The notes under the pieces are model-generated. The model searched no databases. It saw only the letters and a program-made list of their open reading frames with translations, and was not told the origin of the DNA. From contig CAZFSM010000014.1 in assembly GCA_964521625.1 (NCBI GenBank), forward strand, positions 27,061-91,060: a stretch of 64,000 bases of DNA. Direction: 5' to 3'. How positions within the stretch are numbered: the first letter of the stretch is position 1; every line of letters begins with the position of its first letter. The position numbers were made by a program, and so were the translations under genes. The DNA comes from an uncultured Veillonellaceae bacterium. Lineage in GTDB: Bacteria > Bacillota > Negativicutes > UBA1444. Shown one piece after another: positions 35,451 to 45,602 of the stretch.

Positions 35451-36812
35451 TCATTCCGACTCAGTTGCCGCTTTAGGACTACCAACAGCCGCTTCGGAAG
35501 GTTTCGCTACTTTAACAAAGGATTCATCCGTAAAGAAAAGGCATATGGTTCCGACAAGCATACCGCCGAAACACAGCCAAAAAGTCGACACGTAGGCTTC
35601 AACCGGAAACTTGCCTGCAACTTTGCTGAATCCATCCAATAGGACGCCCATATATTGCTGATAGAATGCACCGCCAACAAAGTAGAACAGGTTAAACAGA
35701 CCGATCGCGGTTCCAACCACTTTACGCGGCAAACGTTCCGAAATGTGTGCGTAATTCGTAATATATGTACCGCCGAAGGCCCCCATGAAGAAACAGAATC
35801 CAGACATCGTAACCTGACTCCATCCCGTAGGATTCAGCGCAAGATACAACCAACCCAGCGTAAACACGATGGAGCCGGGAATAACCACTTTTTTACGACT
35901 TTGTAGCACTCGATCCGAGATGATCCCTGCAAGTGGACAACCTACGATCATCCCGATCGCCCACCAGGACAGCGTATTGCCCGCAACTTGTTTTGAAAAG
36001 CCCATGACATCTACCATGTAGGGAATTGCCCACAGTCCCTGGAATCCCATCATCGGGCCATACACCACAAACGCAAACACTGCGAGCCAACGGAAGTTCC
36101 AGGCTTTGGCCGACATAAGCATCGCCTGTTTCAGGGTAATGGCATCTTCTTGCGCTGCCTGAACGGCATCCACTTTGCGCCCGTCAATTTCATCAATCGA
36201 AGGATAGCCCATATCCTGGGGCTTATTTCGGACAAATATCCATACCAGAATCGCAAGGAGAATACTGATTCCTCCGAGGTAGTAAAACGCCGCTCTCCAT
36301 CCGGTAGCGCCAACAAAAGCCGCCAACGGTGCCGCCGCTCCGAGGGCTCCGACGTTTCCAACCGTCAGCAGTATCCCCGTTAATGTCGCAAATTCAAAAG
36401 GTCTGAACCATTGTGCCTGTATTTTCATAATCGGAATGTAAACTACAGCTACCCCGATGCCCATCAAAACCCGGCCGGCTATTGCCCATTCAAAACTGGG
36501 CGCCATTCCAAACAATGCCGTGCCAATACCGGCAACGACAAAGAAGATGGTAACCGCTGCGCGAGGTCCCATAAAATCCGCCAGAACCCCGGACGGAATC
36601 TGCATTGCCGCATAAGGATAAAAATAGGCCGCTGACAATACTCCGAGAGCTGTGGCACTGATTTCCCATGTTTTCATCAGTTCCGGGGCTACAACCGCAG
36701 GCGCCACCCGGTCAAAGTATACAAAGAAATACACCAACCACAATGTGCCCAGCACAACCCATCGATACCTCAACATTTTTTGAGCCAGTCTTTCTTTCTC
36801 TTCCACAAGCAT
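35451..36812 (-). CDS. MFS transporter (anion/carboxylate:cation symporter-like)
   Basis: 12 TM segments, FVYFDR and GVLADFMGPR MFS signatures. First gene after the sigma-54 promoter. The start is ATG 36812 or GTG 36806. Confidence 0.85.
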   Translation of the reverse strand: MLVEEKERLAQKMLRYRWVVLGTLWLVYFFVYFDRVAPAVVAPELMKTWEISATALGVLSAAYFYPYAAMQIPSGVLADFMGPRAAVTIFFVVAGIGTALFGMAPSFEWAIAGRVLMGIGVAVVYIPIMKIQAQWFRPFEFATLTGILLTVGNVGALGAAAPLAAFVGATGWRAAFYYLGGISILLAILVWIFVRNKPQDMGYPSIDEIDGRKVDAVQAAQEDAITLKQAMLMSAKAWNFRWLAVFAFVVYGPMMGFQGLWAIPYMVDVMGFSKQVAGNTLSWWAIGMIVGCPLAGIISDRVLQSRKKVVIPGSIVFTLGWLYLALNPTGWSQVTMSGFCFFMGAFGGTYITNYAHISERLPRKVVGTAIGLFNLFYFVGGAFYQQYMGVLLDGFSKVAGKFPVEAYVSTFWLCFGGMLVGTICLFFTDESFVKVAKPSEAAVGSPKAATESE

Positions 36813-36847
36813 CCCCCTTTATTTGTTTTGCATTTGACAAACTATAT

Positions 36848-36863
36848 AGCAATTCTCGTGCCA
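36848..36863 (-). promoter_or_regulatory. Sigma-54 (-24/-12) promoter
   Basis: The minus strand reads TGGCAC-GAGAA-TTGCT, about 35 nt upstream of the MFS start codon. Confidence 0.75.
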
Positions 36864-36930
36864 TTAATGAATTTTTTCACAATCTTCGCGCGTTTCAACA
36901 TTTTTCACAAATATTTACAAGAGTATTTTC

Positions 36931-37017
36931 GTTTCATTTCCGCAACGTTACGGCAGAAAATCCAGATTATTGTGTTGCGAAAATAAAACACCTGTTTCAT
37001 TGCCGCAGCACATTGGT
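36931..37017. promoter_or_regulatory. Candidate upstream activator sites for the sigma-54 activator
   Basis: Two direct copies of GTTTCATT(T/G)CCGCA (36931-36944 and 37004-37017), plus the inverted CGCAAC/GTTGCG pair, lie 70-170 bp upstream of the -24/-12 element. Confidence 0.3.
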
Positions 37018-37161
37018 TATGAAAGCAATCAATTTTTGAAACGTAAAAAAAAACCACCGGAAAGTGAACTGAACCCCGTTGAATGGACACGAATAAGAAG
37101 CCCTATTGGGGAGGTGGTAATATAAACTGGACACGATGTTAAGGGAAAAGGGTGGCAGTTT

Positions 37162-37455
37162 ATGAGTAGAAGAAGTTACGATCGGCAATTCAAAATAGCT
37201 GCTGTAAAATTAGTTTTGGAGGACAATATGTCCGTTGCGGGCGTTGCAAAGGAATTGTCTATCCATTACAATAGCCTGTACCGTTGGATAAGCGAGTACG
37301 AGAAATATGGAGAAAGTGCGTTTCCGGGCCACGGAAGCGCACTTTATAATTCTCAATACGAAATCAAAAAGCTTAAACGAAAAAACGAGGAGCTTAGATC
37401 GGAGTTAGAACTGCTAAAAAAGTACCGGGCCTTCTTGAAGCAAAAGAATGTATAA
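37162..37455 (+). CDS. IS3-family transposase OrfA (HTH)
   Basis: MSRRSYDRQFKIAAVKLVLEDNMSVAGVAKELSIHYNSLYRWISEYEKYGESAF.. plus a leucine-zipper tail. The A-AAA-AAG slippery heptamer is at 37416-37422. Confidence 0.85.
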   Translation: MSRRSYDRQFKIAAVKLVLEDNMSVAGVAKELSIHYNSLYRWISEYEKYGESAFPGHGSALYNSQYEIKKLKRKNEELRSELELLKKYRAFLKQKNV

Positions 37456-37843
37456 GATTTCATTATCTTAAAAGAAACCGGGACAAGTATAACATCAAGA
37501 AGGTATGTAAAACATTGAATATCTCTCGCTCTGGTTTTTATGAATACCTTAATAGAAAGTCTTCTAAGGTTCTCAGTTTACCAGCGGTAACTTTCGAACG
37601 TTGTTACGCGAACATGGCGCGATATCGAGTGTGAGCAGAAATTGCAATCCATATGACAACGCTTTGATGGAATCTTTTTATAGAACAATAAAAAGAGAGC
37701 TCATTCAAGATGCTCATTTCGAAACACCTGAACAAGCTCAACAAGAAATATTCAAGTATATTGAACTCTACTATAACACTAAGAGAATGCACTCTGCACT
37801 TGGGTATCTTTCCCCTGCCCAATTTGAAGAGTTGAATTCATAA
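37416..37843 (+). pseudogene. IS3-family transposase OrfB remnant lacking most of the DDE core
   Basis: The -1 frame after the slippery site gives ..FHYLKRNRDKYNIKKVCKTLNISRSGFYEYLNRKSSK. Homology then jumps (about 37570) to GSQFTSGNFRTLLREHGAISSVSRNCNPYDNALMESFYRTIKREL...YYNTKRMHSALGYLSPAQFE. Confidence 0.75.
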
Positions 37844-37966
37844 AATCCACTTATCTTCGTGTCCAGTTTTAGTTGACAGCTCCAAGGGGGCTCTTTTTGT
37901 TCAATGTCCGTTTTCTCGGGTTCAGTTCAAAAGTGGCCTCGAAGGAATAGTAAGAATGTCTTTGCA

Positions 37967-40075
37967 TCAATGGAGCGTTTTCAAGCTGTGTTTTTTAAGT
38001 TTTCTCAAGAGGGTGGCCGGGTCGACACCGAGTGACCGTGCTGTTTTGCGCAGGCTTTTACACTCTTTAAGCGTTTTTTCAATAATCTCTTTTTCGATTT
38101 TATCCATCAGGCACTTCAGCGGAAGATCCGAACGTTCTTCAGGCACTCCCGAAAACGTCAGGAGGGGGCGGGAGGCTAACTGAAAATTGTGTGGTAAGTC
38201 TTCCGGCAATAACAGATCAGAATTGCAGACAATTACAAGGCGCTCGATGACATTGATCAATTCCCTCACATTACCCGGCCAGCTGTATTGAGTAAATAAT
38301 TCTAGCGCCGCATTGGAAAGTCTTTTCTCCATATGGTGTTTTTCATTCATTTTTTGTAATAGCGCCAAAGTCAGAATTGTTATGTCGGCCGGTCTTTCCC
38401 GCAGGGGTGGAATTTGGATGGGAACTACGTTGATCCTGAAATAAAGATCCTCTCTAAATCGTTTGGCGCTTACCTCCGTTTCCAGGTTTCTGTTGGTTGC
38501 AAAAAGCAGTCGAACGTTGAATTTAATGGGTTTTACCGATCCGACCATTGTTACTTCCTGATCCTGGAGAACTCTCAGCAGTTTCGCCTGTGTCAAAGCC
38601 GGCATTTCCCCAATCTCATCCAGAAACAGCGTTCCCCCGTTTGCAACTTCAAAAAGACCTGGCTTGCCACCTTTTTTCGCACCTGTAAAGGCCCCTTCCG
38701 CATAGCCGAAAAGCTCCGATTCCAGAAGTGTTTCCGGAATCGCCGCACAGTTGATCTTGATGAAGGGATGGTCCCGCCGCAGGCTGTTCTGATGGATGAA
38801 ACTAGCCAATACCTCCTTGCCGACGCCAGACTCCCCCTGTATTAATATCGGCGCGTCAACGACAGCAACTCTTATCGCCAAGTCATACACTCTTTGCATT
38901 TCCTCGCTGCGGAACATCTCGGATTCGGATGCAACCTGGGTCCGAAGCTGCGACAGTTCAGACAAATATTTGTCCTTGAGACGATTCACCTGTTCCAGCT
39001 TTTCCCGCAAACATGACAGTTCCGTAAGATCCCGCACATTACTGATAATCTTGATGATTTTGCCATTTTCATCCAACACCGGACTGCCTGTCACTGCGAG
39101 AGTTTTTCCATTTAATTTGTACGATGTGGAATACACTTTCTTGGTTTCAAGAACCTTTTTCACAACAATGTCCCCGAGTTTATGCTCTTGCGCCACCTCG
39201 ATCGCATTGCGACTCAGGACACGTTCAGGATCCATCCCCAACAATTTGCCGCATGCGGCGTTCAATTGTTGAAGCGTTCCTTCCCCATCCGTTACGAACA
39301 TGCCATCATAGGATGACCCGATGATAACATCAAGCTCACGGTTTAACCGTTTGACCAGGTTCAGTTCGTTCGCCATGAATTCAAATTCGCTGATAAGTTG
39401 AAGCGAGGCAACAGCTCCGACAATTTCATTCCCCTCAAAAATCGGTGCGGCATTGACAACATAGGTCTGTCCATTGTGTGTTCTTTTGCGGTTGCGGATC
39501 TTTTTCCCATGGACCAGCACTTCATCCTGCACCAAGATGCTTTCGGGAATTATCTCGTCAATCCAGCCTTCGACTTCTTTATCTGCTTCAATTTTCAACA
39601 TGTTTCGGGCCTCAGAATTGATGAAAACAACTCGATGGTTCCTGTCTATCGATATTATTCCGTTCGGTGTCGATTCAAGCACAGCCTTGAGCTGTTCGGT
39701 CGCTCTGGTGGATTGGGCCTTAAAACCTCTTATGATATCGCTTTTGGTAAGCATGCCTACCAAATCTCCCTCGCGATCAAGAACCGGCAGTCTTTTCCTA
39801 GGGTACATACAAGTATCTTCAATCAGAGAATCTTCCTCAATAAACGTTACGTTCGGTTGCATCACGATTTTCACAGGCATCTGCAAATCAATTTTTTCTT
39901 CAATGATGAACAGCAGATTTTTCAGCGTAAACATACCGCATACTTTGCCATTTTCATTAATGACCGGTAACCCCTTCACTTTTTGCTTGCGCAAAATACG
40001 AACAGCTTCTGCGATCGTCGTTTCCGGACTGATTGTTATCACTGCACGGGTCATGAAATCTTTTACAGCCATCAT
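37967..40075 (-). CDS. Sigma-54-dependent transcriptional activator with CBS pair + PAS domains
   Basis: N-terminal CBS pair ([21 protein letters not shown]..). PAS regions. AAA+ sigma-54 interaction domain ([32 protein letters not shown]). C-terminal Fis-type HTH ([22 protein letters not shown]). Confidence 0.9.
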   Translation of the reverse strand: MMAVKDFMTRAVITISPETTIAEAVRILRKQKVKGLPVINENGKVCGMFTLKNLLFIIEEKIDLQMPVKIVMQPNVTFIEEDSLIEDTCMYPRKRLPVLDREGDLVGMLTKSDIIRGFKAQSTRATEQLKAVLESTPNGIISIDRNHRVVFINSEARNMLKIEADKEVEGWIDEIIPESILVQDEVLVHGKKIRNRKRTHNGQTYVVNAAPIFEGNEIVGAVASLQLISEFEFMANELNLVKRLNRELDVIIGSSYDGMFVTDGEGTLQQLNAACGKLLGMDPERVLSRNAIEVAQEHKLGDIVVKKVLETKKVYSTSYKLNGKTLAVTGSPVLDENGKIIKIISNVRDLTELSCLREKLEQVNRLKDKYLSELSQLRTQVASESEMFRSEEMQRVYDLAIRVAVVDAPILIQGESGVGKEVLASFIHQNSLRRDHPFIKINCAAIPETLLESELFGYAEGAFTGAKKGGKPGLFEVANGGTLFLDEIGEMPALTQAKLLRVLQDQEVTMVGSVKPIKFNVRLLFATNRNLETEVSAKRFREDLYFRINVVPIQIPPLRERPADITILTLALLQKMNEKHHMEKRLSNAALELFTQYSWPGNVRELINVIERLVIVCNSDLLLPEDLPHNFQLASRPLLTFSGVPEERSDLPLKCLMDKIEKEIIEKTLKECKSLRKTARSLGVDPATLLRKLKKHSLKTLH

Positions 40076-40210
40076 CGTCTCCTCAATCCGCTTTTTTCAA
40101 AAAACAAACCATTCGCAAACAATAAGTTCTTTTTTTCACATTTTCGAATATATAGTTTTGAATTATTGTCTTTTTTTACACCGAATATAATATTATCACA
40201 TTGGTTAATT

Positions 40211-41415
40211 GTAAAATGAAATGCAACACCACTGACTAAAAGAAAAACGAACAGTCAAAAAGAGAAACCGTGTATGATAAAAGTGATTCAAACCCAATCA
40301 TACGGAGGGTTCGCCCATGACTGTTCAATCAGAGCATACCACAACCGCACGATCTTTTAAACATCTTTCCCTAGCAGAGCGAGGCGCGATTTTTGCCTTG
40401 ATCCACGAAAACCGTTCCATAAGGTATATCGCCAAGCGGCTCAAGCGAACTCCAAGTACGGTTTGCCGGGAAATCCGACGAGGTACGACGGCGCAGCTTC
40501 GAACCGGCCGCATTCCTTACCAAAGTTACTTTCCTGAAACCGGGCAAGCCGTGTATGCGAAACATCGGGGCAACAGTCGCAAAACAGGTAAACACAATCG
40601 CGCGTCAAGTTTCTTGCGGTTTGCCGAAACGAAGACTCTCAAAGACAAATGCTCTCCGGATGCTGTCGTCGGCTATTGCCAAAACCATCCCCAGTGGCAA
40701 CAGGAATCCTTGGTCTGCACTAAAACTCTCTATAACTATATTGACCGTGGCCTTCTTGCTGCACGAAATATTGACCTGTATCTGAAAGTGCGCCGCAGAA
40801 GCACTCGGTGCAGAGGACGAATCAACAAGCGGATTCTTGGGCAAAGTATCGAACAACGTCCGATTGAAATCCTTACCCGAGAAGAGTTTGGGCATTGGGA
40901 AATCGATTCGGCAGTGGGGCGCCGATCAAAGGATGAGTCCCTGCTCACCCTTACGGAACGTAAGACACGCCAAGAACTCATAATCCGATTGGCAAACAAA
41001 GACAGCGATTCTGTGCAGACTGCGATGAAATGCCGGCAAGAGCGCACTGGTTCATCTTTTGCAAAGATATTTCGCAGCATCACGGCAGATAACGGTTCCG
41101 AATTCGCCGACTTATCGGCACTGCTTACACCTTGGAACTGCCAGGTATATTTTTCTCATCCGTATTCTTCCAGGGAACGAGGCACGAATGAGAGGCATAA
41201 CGGGCTGATCCGACGATTCATTCCCAAAACAAAGACCATTCGCTATGTATCCAATGCCTTGGTGCGAAAAACGAAAGACTGGTGCAATCTGTTGCCGCGA
41301 AAGATCCTGGGGTACAAAACGCCGCAAGAATGCTTCCTCGAAGAACGGTCACTGATCATCTAACTCAAACGGTTGTCGGTTTCTTATAAGTGTTGCATTT
41401 GAAATTGCATTTTAC
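40211..41415 (+). mobile_element. IS30-family insertion sequence, apparently intact
   Basis: Imperfect terminal inverted repeats GTAAAATG..AAATGCAACAC (left, from 40211) and GTGTTGCATTT..CATTTTAC (right, to 41415) bracket a full-length transposase ORF. Boundaries are accurate to within a few bp. Confidence 0.75.
40317..41363 (+). CDS. IS30-family transposase
   Basis: 348 aa. N-terminal HTH (HLSLAERGAIFALIHENRSIRYIAKRLKRTPSTVCREIRRG) and DDE region (GHWEIDSAVG...ITADNGSEF...PYSSRERGTNERHNGLIRRFIPK). Confidence 0.9.
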   Translation: MTVQSEHTTTARSFKHLSLAERGAIFALIHENRSIRYIAKRLKRTPSTVCREIRRGTTAQLRTGRIPYQSYFPETGQAVYAKHRGNSRKTGKHNRASSFLRFAETKTLKDKCSPDAVVGYCQNHPQWQQESLVCTKTLYNYIDRGLLAARNIDLYLKVRRRSTRCRGRINKRILGQSIEQRPIEILTREEFGHWEIDSAVGRRSKDESLLTLTERKTRQELIIRLANKDSDSVQTAMKCRQERTGSSFAKIFRSITADNGSEFADLSALLTPWNCQVYFSHPYSSRERGTNERHNGLIRRFIPKTKTIRYVSNALVRKTKDWCNLLPRKILGYKTPQECFLEERSLII

Positions 41416-41418
41416 GCG

Positions 41419-41859
41419 ATTTTAATCAGCAGACCGTTTGCGGGAAAACTATTTGACCGACGCGGGCATGCTATCGTTATCGGGCCAGGTGTTCTGCTGA
41501 TGCTGGTAGGCCTAACTCTTTTATCTTATGCAACCTCCGAGATTTCGCTATTGGCGGCTTCCTTGTTCTATAGGTTAGGCTATGGCGCTGCTCATCCCTC
41601 GCTGCAAGCGTGGGCAATTGACCGCTCGCCCGCTGACCGCAAAGGCGCCGCCAACGGAACATTCTTATCTTCTCTGGATCTAGGCTATGCGGTGGGTGCT
41701 GTATTGATGGGATGAATAGCTTCCCACACAGACTATGCCATGATGTATCGAGTATCCACGCTCTTTCTTGTAGTGTTTGCCTGCACATATGGCTACCATT
41801 TAATAAAAAGCGAGAAAACGCCGGAACTCGTTTGTGAATATCAAAAAAATGCTTCCTAA
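41419..41859 (+). pseudogene. 3' fragment of an MFS transporter gene truncated at the IS30 right end, with an internal TGA
   Basis: The frame opens right after the IS30 IR: ILISRPFAGKLFDRRGHAIVIGPGVLLMLVGLTLL...GYGAAHPSLQAWAIDRSPADRKGAANGTF..LGYAVGAVLMG-TGA(41713-41715)-IASHTDYAMMYRVSTLFLVV... No 5' half is present on the other side of the IS. Confidence 0.65.
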
Positions 41860-41880
41860 CGTTCAAAAGCGTACATCCCT

Positions 41881-41918
41881 GCAAACGGCCTGCTGTATGT
41901 CTTGAGCAGGCCGTTTGC
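41881..41918. terminator. Strong hairpin terminator between convergent genes
   Basis: 14-bp perfect stem gcaaacggcctgct / agcaggccgtttgc, followed by ttatatttt. Confidence 0.7.
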
Positions 41919-43259
41919 TTATATTTTATTGCTGCGCCGCCAGATTTTCATCTTCTCGGCTTGCTTAATCAACTCATCGCGGAAGTCCGGGTGAGCGATG
42001 CTGATGATTCGTTCCGTCCGTTCCCAGGTCGATCGCCCGGCCAAAATCACTTTGCCCCATTCGGTGACAAGATAATGGACCTGGCTGCGCGGGTCGGTTA
42101 CGATGCTGCCGGCGTGCAGATGCGGTACCACGCGGGAATGCAGATGACCGGTCTTCTTGTCCGCATAAGTGGAACGGAAACAAATAAAACTCTTGCCGCC
42201 TCTTGATGAATAAGCGCCGGTGACAAAATCGAGTTGACCGCCGCTGCCGCTGATTTGCCGCATACCGGAAGATTCGGCGGAAACCTGACCGTAAAGATCG
42301 ACCTCGATGCAGTTGTTGACGGAAATAAAGTTGTCGTTCTGCGCCATCACCGCCGGATCATTGGTGTAATTGACCGGATAGGAGGCCAAGCCTGGATTGT
42401 GGTCCACCCAATCATAAAGCTTTTGACTGCCGATGCAAAAAGTCCAGGCTCCTTTGCCATGATCCGTCCGTTTGCATTTGTTCGTCAGCTTGCCGCGTTC
42501 ATACATTGCCAAATAGGCATCGACCAGCATTTCGGTATGCATACCGAGATTCTTGACATCCGACTCGGCGATTAATGTGCCCACTGCATTCGGCATACCG
42601 CCGATTCCCAGCTGGATCGTAGCCCCGTCAACGATTTCATCGACAATCAGCCTGGCAACGGCCTGATCAACGTCATCCGGTTCCGCCACCGGCAGTTCAA
42701 CCAGTTTGGGATTATTCCCCTCTACGATATAGTCCACTTCCGAAATATGAATACATTCTTCCCGCCCGCCGATCGCAGTGGGCAAGTTTGTATTGATCTC
42801 GAGAATCACAGTTTTTGCTGTGTCCAAAATAGCCCGTGTGGCCGAATTGGTCAACGAAAAATTGAAATAGCCATGTTTGTCCATGGGTGCTACCGAGAGC
42901 ATCGCCACATCCACTTCCAGATCATTGCGGTAGAAGTGCGGTTTGTTGCGATAAACCATCGGAATGAAGTTGCATTGATTCAGTTCCTGCAGTTTGCGTT
43001 CATAACCGCCAAAATGCCAGCTGTTAAAAACAAATGACTCACGGTCAGGATCAGCAATAACTACTTGACGGGGCGCCAGTGACAATGCGCTGCGGAATTT
43101 GACATCCCGCAAATCCGACTTGCGGGCAGCCAGTGCTGCATCCAGCACGATCGGTTGTGACAACCCCAGGCCATAATCGACCCACTGGCCGGACTTGACC
43201 ACCGAAACAGCCTCGTCGGCGCTGCGCAGTTTTGCTTTGTAGTCATTGTTTACAGTCAA
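41919..43259 (-). CDS. Acetyl-CoA hydrolase/transferase family protein (4-hydroxybutyrate / butyryl-CoA:acetate CoA-transferase-like)
   Basis: 446 aa. Family-typical layout (YKAKLRSADEAVSVVKSGQWV..; IQLGIGGMPNAVG; SGSGGQLDFV; DPRSQVHYLVTEWG). Confidence 0.85.
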   Translation of the reverse strand: MTVNNDYKAKLRSADEAVSVVKSGQWVDYGLGLSQPIVLDAALAARKSDLRDVKFRSALSLAPRQVVIADPDRESFVFNSWHFGGYERKLQELNQCNFIPMVYRNKPHFYRNDLEVDVAMLSVAPMDKHGYFNFSLTNSATRAILDTAKTVILEINTNLPTAIGGREECIHISEVDYIVEGNNPKLVELPVAEPDDVDQAVARLIVDEIVDGATIQLGIGGMPNAVGTLIAESDVKNLGMHTEMLVDAYLAMYERGKLTNKCKRTDHGKGAWTFCIGSQKLYDWVDHNPGLASYPVNYTNDPAVMAQNDNFISVNNCIEVDLYGQVSAESSGMRQISGSGGQLDFVTGAYSSRGGKSFICFRSTYADKKTGHLHSRVVPHLHAGSIVTDPRSQVHYLVTEWGKVILAGRSTWERTERIISIAHPDFRDELIKQAEKMKIWRRSNKI

Positions 43260-43294
43260 GGTTATCCCTCCGTCAAATTAAGTTCAACTTATGT

Positions 43295-44539
43295 TTAGCG
43301 TTTTTCGACCAATGCCTCAGAAACGCCTTCTACACCGGCCAACGCGAGCAATATTAGGAAAGATCGCTGCGGACAACGATAGGTCCCTGCCGGATCAAAC
43401 CATTCACCCAGGCTGTGAACGCCGCCTTCTTTACCGCCCCTGCCGAGAGTAACCGCTGGAATTCCCAGACTGATTGGCATATTGGTATTCGTACAACCTC
43501 CTGGCACTAATTTTGGAGTGATCCCCAGACATTCGGTCGCTTGCCATGTTATTTGAACCATATCGCAATCATCGGCTTGGGCGCCGGCCGGAACGTCCAA
43601 AATCATTTTGTATTCCACGCCAACCTGCGATAATTCCCAGCGTTCATTTTCTTCCCGTGCCCCCTCAACAAATATTTCCAGTGCTCTATTTTGCAACTTG
43701 TTGAGTTCAACCGGATCATCCGACCGCAAATTGATTTTGAATTTCGCTTGTTGGGCTATAGCATGAATGGCATGCCCTGCTTCCATTAAACTGACTGTAA
43801 ACGTGGTCTTGGGAAACTTCGGCGGACGCATGTCGCTGAGTTTGGCAATCGCTCTGGCCGCGGCATGCAAGGGGCTGGGCGTCCCAAACGCACCATAGGC
43901 ATGCCCGCCCGGTCCGGTATAGGTCACTTCAAAATTGCGGATCCCCGTCCCCTGGTAAATAATGCTGTCGCAACCGGCGCCATCAATCGAGATCGTCGCG
44001 GCAATATCCGGATTATCGAGGAGCAGGGCTTTCATCCCGCACATACCGCCCATTCCTTCTTCGCCAACTGTTCCGGCGAACACAATATCGCCCTGCGTTT
44101 CAATACCCAATTCCTGAAGACCCCGTATCACCGACAAATTAGCGGCAAGACCGCGGGTATCATCGCATATACCTGGCGCATAAATTTTTCCGTCACGTTC
44201 AACCGGTGTCACATCAGTTCCCAGCGGAAACACCGTATCCAGATGCGCTTCAATAAGAATCTTGGGCCCGCTGCCCGTGCCGGGCCTTGTTCCCATTACA
44301 TTACCATGCTTGTCAATATGGACATTTTGCAAGCCCAGTTCCTTTAATCGCTCGGCATAGTATTGCGCTCTTTTTTCTTCGGCAAAGGTCGGAGCCTCAA
44401 CGGTAACCAAAACTTTTTGCTCAGCAATACAACGAGCCTGATCTGCTTCAAAGAACACCAGCCCTTTTTTCACTTGTTCCAACTGCATGAGCTTCGTAAA
44501 CGTCGCCTGGATGATTTCTTTCACCTCATATGACTCCAT
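43295..44539 (-). CDS. M20-family metallopeptidase (peptidase T / deacylase-like)
   Basis: Metal-ligand motifs AHLDTVFP, GICDDTRG, VGEEGMGG and HSLGEW. Confidence 0.85.
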   Translation of the reverse strand: MESYEVKEIIQATFTKLMQLEQVKKGLVFFEADQARCIAEQKVLVTVEAPTFAEEKRAQYYAERLKELGLQNVHIDKHGNVMGTRPGTGSGPKILIEAHLDTVFPLGTDVTPVERDGKIYAPGICDDTRGLAANLSVIRGLQELGIETQGDIVFAGTVGEEGMGGMCGMKALLLDNPDIAATISIDGAGCDSIIYQGTGIRNFEVTYTGPGGHAYGAFGTPSPLHAAARAIAKLSDMRPPKFPKTTFTVSLMEAGHAIHAIAQQAKFKINLRSDDPVELNKLQNRALEIFVEGAREENERWELSQVGVEYKMILDVPAGAQADDCDMVQITWQATECLGITPKLVPGGCTNTNMPISLGIPAVTLGRGGKEGGVHSLGEWFDPAGTYRCPQRSFLILLALAGVEGVSEALVEKR

Positions 44540-44579
44540 CGCAGTTCCTCCATTTTTACTTAATTAATAATAAATGTAC

Positions 44580-45137
44580 TTAACTTCGCAATCGTCGTCC
44601 GTACTGAACGGCATCAAAAACCATAGCCGTGTTCTCCTCCGCCTGACCAATTGCCTGCAATCCCGCCCCCACCAAAACATCGGGCACAGGCTTAAAGCCG
44701 ATTACTTTTAATATTCCCGCCACCGATTGGAAGTAGGGCATAAATGCCGCGGTATCGTCTCTATGCTGGGTAAACACCAGCCCCAACCTGACCGGTTTCG
44801 CTAATCGGCTCGAATAATCAGCGTTCAAATAGGCATAAAGTCGATCCACCACCAATTTCAACTGTGCAGACATGCTCCACATATAGACCGGCGACGCGAG
44901 CACAAGCAAATCTGCGGCATTGATCGCCCGATACACACTCTGCATATCATCCTGGATAACGCATCGCCCTTTTGTTTTGCAGGCGTCACAGGACTGGCAG
45001 CCGCGGATATTCATAATATTCGGCTGAAAAATCACCGATTCATCGCCTGCCGATTTTGCCCCACTGATTACCTTTTCCAGCAAAACTGCCGTATTGCCTT
45101 TTGGTCGCGGGCTTCCCATGATCCCAATAATATTCAT
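44580..45137 (-). CDS. NAD(P)H-dependent FMN reductase / iron-sulfur flavoprotein-like protein
   Basis: MNIIGIMGSPRPKGNT flavodoxin-like start; Cys cluster RGCQSCDACKTKGRC; ASPVYMWSMS. The ATG at 45137 follows a GGAGGT RBS. Confidence 0.8.
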   Translation of the reverse strand: MNIIGIMGSPRPKGNTAVLLEKVISGAKSAGDESVIFQPNIMNIRGCQSCDACKTKGRCVIQDDMQSVYRAINAADLLVLASPVYMWSMSAQLKLVVDRLYAYLNADYSSRLAKPVRLGLVFTQHRDDTAAFMPYFQSVAGILKVIGFKPVPDVLVGAGLQAIGQAEENTAMVFDAVQYGRRLRS

Positions 45138-45338
45138 GCCAACCTCCACTTCGCATTAGGCAAATATATCACGCATTGCATTGTGAACATTATCGACGAA
45201 TTTTTGTGCTTAATGATGTATTTGACCAATTTCAGCAAAATCCTGCGAATTCCTCTAAAGCCCCTAATGAAGCACCCCCTAAAGCAGACACGGTAAAAAG
45301 CCGCGAATCTACATTAGGGGGGGTGATGAGGGATATTG

Positions 45339-45602
45339 TTATTTAGGGTCTTTTATTTTCGCTGGAAAGCGCAGCGATGTCAAGAAACAGTCGCCTTCTT
45401 GCATTGTTGCCAAAGATCCTCCATGGCGCTCCATGATATAGGCAGTAATCTTCAAACCCAGAAATTTGCCATCTGCCGGTGCAGTAGGTAAAACAACATT
45501 TCTAACTTCCAAAAACAGGTCTCCGTTATCAATCTTGCAGATCAGACGTACTTCTTGCGTTAGGTCAGCATATTTGTGCAAGTTGGATGCCACAGGCCAC
45601 AA
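45339..45602 (-). pseudogene. C-terminal fragment of a sensor histidine kinase (HATPase_c end only)
   Basis: ..LFLEVRNVV......GLKITAYIMERHGGSLATMQEGDCFLTSLRFP resembles the G2-box-to-end region. No HisKA or sensor part is present. It abuts an unrelated fragment on the opposite strand. Confidence 0.5.

Larger units (their letters stand above)
37065..37929 (+). mobile_element. IS3-family element with intact ends and target duplication but an internal deletion (non-autonomous)
   Basis: Terminal inverted repeats TGAACTGAACCC (37065-37076; reverse complement at 37918-37929). It is flanked by an AAAG direct repeat (37061-37064 and 37930-37933). The length is only 865 bp. Confidence 0.85.

Noticed and set aside
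36905-37188. Small ORFs (61-68 aa) between the sigma-54 promoter and the IS3 element
   Set aside because: They lie in AT-rich regulatory DNA and in the IS terminal repeat, and show no translation signals or homology.
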